Origin: Octopus sinensis
Lineage: Eukaryota
NCBI RefSeq assembly: GCF_006345805.1
Contig: NC_043002.1
Coordinates: forward strand, 50,468,001-50,532,000
Reading direction: 5' to 3'
DNA length: 64,000 nucleotides
The notes beneath the pieces are model-generated. The model did no database searches and was not told where the DNA came from. It saw only the letters and a program-made list of their open reading frames with translations. The translations under genes and the position numbers were made by a program. Shown one piece after another: positions 54,343-64,000 of the stretch (position 1 is the first letter of the stretch; each line of letters opens with the position of its first letter).

Positions 54343-54536
54343 TTGAGGGGGTGCTGCAAAGTTCCTAGCTTTAAGGGTGTTGCGAAAGGCCTGGATGGAG
54401 CCCCCCCACCTTCGGAGTCTTTTGAAAAACTGAAGGACCGCTGCAATGTGTGTGATTCTGAGAATAACATCATAATTAACTGATCCTCCGGTATTTTCTT
54501 TTACCCCAAACCAGGAACTTTTCAGCGTCCCCTGGT
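54343..54536. mobile_element. Mariner-type MITE
   Basis: TIRs GAGGGGGTGCTGCAAAGTTCCTAGCTTT ... AAACCAGGAACTTTTCAGCGTCCCCT. Confidence 0.65.
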
Positions 54537-54733
54537 TAGAACACAAAAGGTAGTCTTATAAACAGGCATATACGGTAAGGAAAATGAAAAAAAAAAATTC
54601 CACAGAAGACGGCGAACTGGCAGAATCGTTATTAATCATTATTTTTTCGTCCGTCGGCGTAATGGTTACAACGTCGGGCTCATAATCATGAGATGCCGAG
54701 TTCAGTTCCTGGGACTCTTTATATATATATATT

Positions 54734-55020
54734 GGAGGCGCAATGGCCCAGTGGTTAGGGCAGCGGACTCGCGGTTTCGATTCCCAGACCGGGCGTTGTG
54801 AGTGTTTATTGAGCGAAAACATATATAGCTCCACGAGGCTCCGGCAGTGGATGGTGGAGATCCCTGCTGTACTCTTTCGCCGCAACTTTTTCTCACTCTT
54901 TCTTCTGTTGGCCTGCTCGCTTACCCGGCGGGGTGGCGTCATTTGAAGGCTAAAACAATGCGAAGCGCATTGTGACCAGCGATGTGTAGCAACATCTGTT
55001 AGCCTGGTAGGTCACGTGAT

Positions 55021-55028
<8 letters not shown>
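54734..55028 (+). mobile_element. tRNA-derived SINE family D
   Basis: GGAGGCGCAATGGCCCAGTGGTTAGGGC (A box), GGTTTCGATTCCC (B box), tail GGTCACGTGATCACGTGATA. Confidence 0.88.
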
Positions 55029-55062
<34 letters not shown>

Positions 55063-55149
55063 TGAAGGAGAAAGAAAACAAAACCAAGGCAGGACGAGCA
55101 TCATTTAGAATATTTAATTAGAGTAAGGAGAATCGAAAAAGCAGAAATA

Positions 55150-56875
55150 CAAGTACCTCTGTCTGATTCCTTCTCCTATAAATACCCCTAGGTAGTTGTA
55201 GCTCTCCGCTGGTTCTAATTCCTTTATGACATTCTGCTGGTCAAGATTAACATTGGCTGTTTGTCATTTTTCCATTGATAAAGGTAGCTCTTGCACACTT
55301 ATCGAGACCAGATTGCACCCTGATGTCATCATTGAATTGTTTAACAATCGCTAGTAAGCCCTGTAGTTGTTGGTCATTTTTCGCAAAGGGCTTTAAATCA
55401 TCATGTAAATGAGATTATTTATATTTTTATCAAACATTTTTTAACCGTATTGTACATCATTGAGCAATGAGAGTGTTATTAAGGCTGGACAAAAGAGAAG
55501 AGGTGATAGAGAATCACCCTGGAAAATGCCACATGAAATTCTTGCATTTCCAGCATTAAGAGATTCCTTGTCACTGTTCAAAGTCAGGGTGGTTCTCCAA
55601 TATCTCATACTTACACACAAGAAGTTTCGCAAATCAGGTGCTATTTGCTACATTTCCAGACATTTCTTAATCCAGCTATGTGGTACGCTATCAAAAGCTT
55701 TTTATAGTCTATCTAGGCTATCGACAAGTTTTTGTGTCGTTTATGACAATTTTCCAAGACCATCTTATTGATGAGTAGCTGATCTTTACAATCATAAGAT
55801 CTACGTTTACATCCTTTTTGCTCATTAGGAAATATGCCAGTTTCTATTTAAAAAAAACTATAGGTATATTCATTGAAGACATGTTAGCATTTTATACATT
55901 GTTGTTAAGCAGGTTATGGGTCTATAATTTGCTTCTTCATTTTTTGGAGGTAGGAATGTTACACCATTAACTAGCCAAGAAGGAATCATACTAGGTTGTT
56001 ACAAAACATTGTTGTATAGTTTTGTTAGCGGTTCATGGTTCTCTGGGAAGGCATTCAACCAGGATTAAGGAATTTTATCCTTTCGTGGAGACTTCAATTT
56101 ACTTAATTCCCTGAGATTATATCTTACATCCTCTACCTTGATACACTCCCACTTTTACTCTTCTAAGGAGTCTAAATCTGTAGATATTCTATCAATCCAA
56201 GGGGCCTTTTCATTGTGTTTATTTTCTTCAGCCCAAATTTTATTCAAAAATTTCTGCACTTCTTTTGATGGGACAGATTTTACTGTAACTGGTATTTTCC
56301 TTATCTTCTTGTAAAAATTTCTTAGTTATTTTTGAACATGTTGTCCTTGAAGAATCTAATACACTTTTCATACCTTGCTATGCGGGCATCTTTAGCACAT
56401 ACCTTTTGCTTGATGGTTTCTATGGTGGTATCAATGTCAAATATGGTTTTCATATATTTTTTCTTTAATTTTCGATTTTTGTTTGTTTGGTAGTTTTGTC
56501 TAACTTAAGGTTTTTTAAACATTCTATGTCAGACCTAAGTAGCTTAATTTGGTATTGAATTCGCTCTTGCCAAGTAGGCTTTTTGTGGGAATGTTGTCGT
56601 TTTCTAAGCTTTTCACCACATAAAATCGTTGAGATGCATAGTACAGGTGGTTGAGATATGTAATATCAACATTATTAGCTGAAAATATATCCTTAAGTGC
56701 AAGGCGGATTTTGCCAATTATTTTGCCAATTATTTTCAGGTTTTGGTTAGAACTGCAAAATTTTGGGAGAGTGTCGCGTTCTTTTATACTTGTTTCTTTA
56801 ATTTTCAGCCATTCAATCATGATTTTATATTTTAGATCATTTTCTTCTGTTGAGTCAATTTCTGTGTGATTTTCT
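55150..56875 (-). pseudogene. Decayed RT region of an R4/Dong-like non-LTR retrotransposon
   Basis: NYRPITCL..MYK, EQKGC, DQLLI, IDYKKAFDSVPHSWI, GIFQGDSLSPLLFC, DDLK.FAKN, GLDKCA, Y.YLG; multiple stops and frameshifts. Confidence 0.88.
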
Positions 56876-56905
56876 TCATTATTATATTTATTATTATTAT
56901 TATTA

Positions 56906-57071
56906 CTTCCATTTCTTGCCGAGTGTCTTCCTGACTCCTAGGGCAAAGAAACTCATAGTATACATTGGTAGGCCATTAAACCAAACTCAGTAGTTCGTTC
57001 ATTTTTTTTTTTAAAGTTAAATTAAAATACATGAGCAGCAACAGTTCTCACATCGACAATGCTCTTCTCAA

Positions 57072-57072
<1 letters not shown>
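56906..57072 (-). mobile_element. Very short 3' end of RLE-1, flanked by (TAA)n
   Basis: Near-identical reverse complement of 3970-4140. Confidence 0.9.
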
Positions 57073-57129
<57 letters not shown>

Positions 57130-57130
<1 letters not shown>

Positions 57131-57443
57131 GACAGAAAGAAGAGCGCAATGCGATTTGTAATTGATTGTTTATGTAATGGTTTGAACGATATTATGACAT
57201 ATCGTCTTTCCTCCTCAGGTTGAAAATTTAATATGAAAATGAAAACAATCGCAGAAACACAGAAATTCAAAATCTAATTTATTTAGCTATTGACAGACTT
57301 TCTCAAGAACAATATTCTATACAAGACCAAATATACGGCATCCTAGTCATAAGATCAACTTGAATTTCTAACTTGTTGCCTCTTGAAGTCCCTGGGTGAG
57401 ACTTGGAGTCAACTTGTACAAATACAAAGCAAAAATCAAACAG
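57130..57443 (+). mobile_element. TAA/AAC-associated retroelement 3' end (family T4)
   Basis: The last ~90 bp match 37010-37090; (TTA)n upstream and (AAC)n downstream. Confidence 0.55.
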
Positions 57444-57446
57444 AAT

Positions 57447-57490
<44 letters not shown>

Positions 57491-57565
57491 CTATCTATCT
57501 ATTTGTCTATTTTCCTGTCTGTCTGTCTGCCTGCCTGTCTGTCTGTCTGTCTGTCTGTCTGCCTG

Positions 57566-57638
<73 letters not shown>

Positions 57639-58095
57639 ATATCTATCTATCTATCTATACACGACGGTCTTTCAGTTTCCGTCCATCAAAGTAACTCACA
57701 AGGCTTTGGTCGGCCCGGAACTAAAGTAGAGGACACCTGTCCAAGGTATCACGTAATAAGACTGATCCCAAAATCATGTAGTTGGGAAGTGAGGAAAAGA
57801 AAACGGAAAAGAAAGAAACAGGAAACCTTGCCCAGGCTTGCGTGCAGAGAAAGGGTCCACCCTTGCTGATGAATACCCGAGGTGTAGAAATGCCTCGTTG
57901 TTTAATGATGTATCACTGATCTTCGAGCAACAATTTTTAGAATTTTCGCTGCCGTGTTAATGATAATAGCGATGATGATATTGATGATGATGTCGACTTC
58001 AAAAGTGATAATGTTGTTACTGTTGCCGTGTTACTCTTGTGTAGCCTCCAGCACTTCTACCACACGCTGCTACAGCGAACGAATGACAGGGCATG

Positions 58096-58217
58096 ATCCG
58101 CAGATCAGGCATTGTTAAGAGCTTGAGGTCAAGCCAAGAATCAAGGAAACTGTTATGCAATATATTGACCTACTTCACAGGTTACCTCAAGCTCTTAACA
58201 ATGCCTGATCTGCGGAT
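58096..58217. repeat. Perfect 34-bp inverted repeat with a 54-nt spacer (tiny MITE or hairpin)
   Basis: ATCCGCAGATCAGGCATTGTTAAGAGCTTGAGGT (58096-58129) is the exact reverse complement of 58184-58217. Confidence 0.85.
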
Positions 58218-58226
58218 ATAATTATA

Positions 58227-58791
58227 TTGGGTTGTCCGGAAAGTTCATGCCGATTTTTAAAGGAAAAATAAAGGTCAATTAATACTTGCCATTACATTTT
58301 AAATCAACCAAATACGAACCATTTTGTTGTACAATGTGTTTCCATCTTTCCTTTAACTTGAAAATACCACACTCCCAGAATTGAGGTGGTTTCATGGCAA
58401 AGAATTCATCAAGGTATCTTTTTACGTCATCCAAGGAATTGAATTTTTACCATTAAGACTATTCTGTAGAGACCTGAATAAGTGGAAATACGAAGGAGCA
58501 ATATCTGGTGAATATGGAGGGTGGGGTAACACATCCCAGCCGAGCTGCAGCAATTTTTGTCTGGTTCCCAAAGCATCAAGTGCCGAAAATGAACTTTCTT
58601 ATCTTCCATTTTAAAGGGTTACAAAATTAACACAGATTACAGGAACATAAACCTTCTTCCACGAAAAGATAGCTTAAGCTGTGCTCTAAGTGGAGGTGTA
58701 GTCAAATCCTATTTCATGGACTGAACCATGTTGTAAAATAAGTCGAAATGTAAGCTACTATAAATCGGCACGAACTTTCCAGACAACCCAA
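58227..58791 (-). mobile_element. Internally deleted mariner element
   Basis: TA|TTGGGTTGTCCGGAAAGTTC ... GAACTTTCCAGACAACCCAA|TA; minus strand encodes LLQLGWDVLPHPPYSPDIAPSYFHLFRSLQN...ERWKHIV..NG.Y. Confidence 0.92.
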
Positions 58792-58971
58792 TATTTTTGT
58801 GATCATGTAGATGATGTACTACTCTTTGACAATTTTTGATATCTTATCTGAAGCAGCTGGAGATACGATAGTTTGACCGAAAGAACTGGTTATTGTAAGC
58901 AATAATAAATACGTATTTGACCAAATTTGAACAATCGAGTACGACAGATTAACATAATAGCAACGTATATA

Positions 58972-59026
<55 letters not shown>

Positions 59027-59027
<1 letters not shown>

Positions 59028-59250
59028 TAGGTTGTCCGGAAAGTTCTGAGCGTTTTTTTTGCCAAAAAGGGATGAAAATATATTCCATCAGCATAAATTT
59101 TACTGGTTTTGAGGAGAAAAAGTTATCTAGATGCATTTTGACTCCATCTAAATCGTTAAATGTTTTTCCTCGCGATGAGTTCTGTAGAGACAAAAACAAG
59201 TGGTAGTCAGATGGCACAATATCAGGAGAATATGGTGGATGGGTAAGATA
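59027..59250 (-). mobile_element. Second mariner fragment (one TIR plus transposase C-terminus)
   Basis: TA|TTAGGTTGTCCGGAAG; HPPYSPDIVPSDYHLFLSLQN. Confidence 0.88.
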
Positions 59251-59277
59251 ATTGTAGACTTTCTCTCTTCCTTCCCT

Positions 59278-59318
<41 letters not shown>

Positions 59319-59996
59319 CTTCTCTCACATTATGCTACTTCCCTTCTATCTGCTGCCCACACGTGAGCCTTTACTGATTTTCTGTCTTCTGCCTTTTCGC
59401 CACCGGACGCCTAGAGTGCTGGTCAGCTTTCTTTCCTCTCTTAATAATCCTATTTTTATATCCATTTGAGGAATTCTTTCAAGCGTTAACCATCATTCTA
59501 GTTTTTGGCCGAAAGGTGTTATTTATTGTCTTCGACTATCGTTTCAGATTACATTTGTCTACTTTCGTACGTACGTCCACCTTCTGTTGTTTTGTTTGCC
59601 TGAGCCCTAATTCTTCGCAAATCTTGCGGGTGCCGCCAATATACGAAGTTCCCAGTCTTATCGTGAAGGGCATGAAACTGGGTATTAGTGTTTTTAGTCG
59701 ATAACTCATGAAGCATTAGGGCCCTTGTGTCTGTCCTACACGTACCTTTTGTAGTATTAAGTTACTGGCCGAAACCTATCAAAGTTATCAAAGTGACACA
59801 CACACTTACACATACCACACACACACATTATTGTTGAATAATTCTTACATAATTACACAGACACCAACGCATTTATATGTGGATATATAGATATGTAAAC
59901 ACACACATATGTATGTATATTATAGTATATATGTACATATATGTACACACAGACACACAGACACACACCCACATACATATAATATATTATATATAT

Positions 59997-60046
<50 letters not shown>

Positions 60047-60757
60047 ACAATATATATATATATACACATACATACATATATACATACGATATATATATAT
60101 GTGTGTGTGTGTTTACAGATAATTCTACATTATGTATTGTTATAGCTCTTGATTTCTATAATTGTAACAGCTACTTAAGACGATAATTGATGCTTTCTTT
60201 TGTTTTTCTTTATGTTCCTTTTCATTTTCCGTTATCACTCAGGCCTCACCCCCACCGACCCACCCCACCCTACTAAACCGATTGAAAAATCATTATTCCG
60301 ACTTCGTCATCCTCCTCCTCAGACTCATCCTTGCCCTCCCCCAATCCATCTCTCATATCCACTTTCAATATTTTAGACTTCGGCAAAGATATCGAAATAT
60401 TGATTACTAATAGATAATTTTCATGTAATTAATATTGTTTAAAATACTAACGCACGCATGTACACACACACACACACACACACACATACACACACACATA
60501 CACACACATACACACACACATACACACACACATACACACACACACACTCTCACACACACACTCTCTCACACACACATGCACAAATGCATGTATAACATAC
60601 ATCCAAACCGAAGTACATTATATGCCTATATACCTATATATATGTGTATACATATGATGCATATATATATATATGATACCTCTCTCTATATATACGTGTA
60701 TATATGCACAGATACACACAAACACACACATATATGTATATGTTTCTATATATACTG

Positions 60758-60789
<32 letters not shown>

Positions 60790-60982
60790 CACAGACAGAT
60801 ACAATATATATAGAAACTTATACATACATGTGCGATTATTCTTAATATTATATTTATCTTACATTATATCGGTTCAACCCCGAAAAACAGGCTAACTAAC
60901 CAATATCATAAGACGGTAGCTGGCATGATGGAATAGGAGCTGTAGATGCATATTCAAAACGGTACCCATAAACAAATTTAAA

Positions 60983-61018
<36 letters not shown>

Positions 61019-62037
61019 TATATATATTCATACGCTTGTCTTTCAGTTTCCGTCTACCAAATCCACTCACAAAGCTTTGGTCGGCTCGAGGCTATATTAG
61101 AAAACACTTGCCCAAGGTGCAACGCAGTGGGACTTTGCCATTTATCCTTCGCGGTCGATCGAATGAGTGACACTCATTCTATATTTGCTCTTTTGGGAAC
61201 TCAAAACATAAGGAGAGGAGTCGTAGTAATACTTCAATAAAACTACAGCAATTTTTATTTCCTTCATTGACAAAAGACATCAATCATGTTGGGGGCGACA
61301 GACATGACCATTACTTAGTTATTAATTTCTTGAAATTATCTCCCCTTTTCAATGTGAGACGCTATCGCTGGCAGCAAGAGTTCAAATTTCTTTCTCCAAA
61401 GAAGTGATAGACTTCAATTCATACAGAAGTTTTCTTTAGGCGTGCATCATTCAGTACATATGCATATACTTAATCTGAACTCAGCTGGGTTATGTCCTTT
61501 TATTCCATTTTAACTTAACAGATTGCAAATCATTGTTGCCCTAAAATTTTCGTCTAAAAAATATTTTCCCTACTAATCTGGTGAGTTTGTACTGACTGCG
61601 ATTCACTGATGAGATCCAGTAAGATAGAAAACGGTCTATTAATCTCATCGTTTTACGAAAATAAGATAAATTTTCTTTAGTGGATTCTGCAATTTCCGCT
61701 GGACTTTTGATATCTTTCTCTAATTAATGTGCAGATAGCTTCAATCATATAAGAAATTTCTGTGTACAACATTCAGTACAACATCACCGACCTCATTTAT
61801 TGTAATAATTCTAGAGGAAAAAACGGACAAAATATATTTTGTGAGTAATTGAACTCGAAAAGTTGTTGAATGTAACTAAATAATAAGTTATTCAGTTCGA
61901 TGTTCAAGAACTCCACCACTCTGAATATAGAACAACAGTAGCAATAGCTATAAATATAACTAAGACAAACACATATTCACATAAAAGTAGACACTCACAC
62001 ATGTCTTTAAACATACATACATACATACATACATACA

Positions 62038-62089
<52 letters not shown>

Positions 62090-62460
62090 TGTATGCACAC
62101 AACACATATATAGTTACATAGATAGATATACACCTACAAATTCATATACATATGCGGACACGAATATACATAGATACATGCATATATACATATAAGCATA
62201 TGTATGTATACCTATATAGAAATAGTAAGAGCGAAAGTACCACATCTAACACGATCATCAATAACAGCGATTAAAATAACACAAGAGGAAAAAATAACAA
62301 CAAAAATAAAAACCCACATCAAAAACAAGGAAGGCGACAATGACAACAAGAACAAGCACGAAGCCAAAAGAGAAAAAAAAACTAGCAAAAAAAAATGAAA
62401 AACAAAACAGGAAAAAATCAACAACAAAAAAATCCTACAAAACTATTTACAAATGAGTAC

Positions 62461-62625
62461 TACATCGCCATCCAGCGCCCGACCCGGAAATCACCCCCGC
62501 TTCCGCCTATCTGACATCTCAATTCAAAATAGTGTGTGTGGTGACGCTATAGACAAAATTATATTATAACGTCCATTTTGTTGGAGGTTGTTTTTAATGG
62601 CGGTTTTACGTTGGCGCCATTAACT
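62461..62625. promoter_or_regulatory. Candidate CpG-rich core promoter
   Basis: Non-repetitive patch with about ten CpGs; ETS-like CCGGAAAT (62484) and GCTTCCGCC (62499); YY1-like CCATTTTG, AATGGCGG and GCGCCATT; inverted CHR-like AATTCAAA (62521). Confidence 0.4.
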
Positions 62626-62823
62626 TGTGATAAAAATATGATGGAACTTTTTAAGTGTTATGTTAGTCTTATTAATGGTTATTTTCTCTTTAAAAAATAT
62701 TATAGGTGTGTATGCATCTATATGATACGTCTACTTCTCAGTGTCCATTTAGCGTCTGTGTGTGTCAATATTCGTGCACATGTTTGTGTGTGGATATGTT
62801 TATAGATATGTAAATCTCTATGC

Positions 62824-62907
<84 letters not shown>

Positions 62908-63091
62908 ATACGCACACATACATACATACATACGTACATACATACATACATAGACACACATACATACATACATACATATATATATACATATATATATATA
63001 TATAAATAAACTATATATATAATAATAAATAAATATATATATATATTATATATATATATACGTAGTAGGTATGTATGAATATGCTTATATC

Positions 63092-63147
<56 letters not shown>

Positions 63148-63159
63148 ATCTATCTATCT

Positions 63160-63194
<35 letters not shown>

Positions 63195-63615
63195 CTCTCT
63201 ATATATATACATACATATATACATATTAATAAAGACAAAATACCCAAAGCACACGAACATTTCCTCAGTTTATTATGTTATATATATTATATATAATATA
63301 TATCTATATATACAAATATATGTATGTATAAACGTATACATATCTATATATATAAATATGTTTAAATCTCTATATATATGTGTGCGTGCGTGCGTGTGCA
63401 TGCGTGTGCATGCGTGTGTGTATGTGCACTATAAACTTAGACAGAAATATAACATTGAAGACATATTTATGAGAGTATATAAAAATATGAGCATAGTTTC
63501 CTTGTGTGTGTGTGTGTGTGCGTTGTGTGTGCGTATGTTTGTATATATATATGTATTGTGTAAATATAAACGCATATGTTTACGTGATTTTTGTGCATAC
63601 ATAATCATGAATATG

Positions 63616-63653
<38 letters not shown>

Positions 63654-63918
63654 TATATATATTATATATATATATGTGTATATATGTGTATGTGTGCGTG
63701 TGTGTGTATTTATATTAATGTATATGACGGCTGAAAGCTACAAATTTTTTTCATTTTCTCTGTTTTCTCTCTCTCTACATATATATATATGCTTTCAACT
63801 AATATTATATATGTATATATATATATATATATATAATATATATATATATTATATATATATATATACATGAGTGCGTGTGTGTTTATGCCTTCTGCAAAAT
63901 TCATCTACGTATATATAT

Positions 63919-63960
<42 letters not shown>

Positions 63961-64000
63961 GTTATATTACTTACATTTGAACGGATATTTGTCCTCATCT

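Noticed and set aside
54655-54790. tRNA genes (also near 1146, 32260 and 50020)
   Set aside because: A and B boxes are present but continue into SINE bodies or are truncated; no complete cloverleaf is evident.
59695-59790. Hammerhead-like motif (CTCATGA...GGCCGAAAC)
   Set aside because: The core is mutated and stems I and III are out of register; at most a decayed remnant.

Overview
AT-rich, microsatellite-saturated eukaryotic DNA. The SINE families and repeat landscape look like Octopus (recognised from the repeats, not confirmed by a search). I found no supportable host protein-coding gene; nearly all ORFs in the track are translated microsatellites. Recognisable content: a decayed Tigger/pogo transposase, mariner, Tigger and hAT MITEs, four tRNA-derived SINE families, RTE LINE fragments, a decayed Penelope-like element (RT + GIY-YIG) with an inverted 5' pseudo-LTR, and several 5'-truncated restriction-like-endonuclease (R4/Dong-type) retrotransposons. 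Two patterns stand out. (1) A cluster of unrelated type I hammerhead ribozyme folds, mostly in ORF-less fold-back or tandem elements near (TA)n tracts. These include a ~413-bp-arm palindrome with a canonical hammerhead in each arm, a 516-bp-period tandem with a canonical hammerhead, and a 33-nt minimal hammerhead with an A3-U8 compensatory core. (2) Retroelement 3' ends sort by microsatellite type: (TAA)n, (CATA)n, (TATC)n and (TA)n each host different families. A candidate ETS/YY1-type promoter lies near 62.5 kb. All folds and alignments were done by eye and need computational and experimental confirmation.
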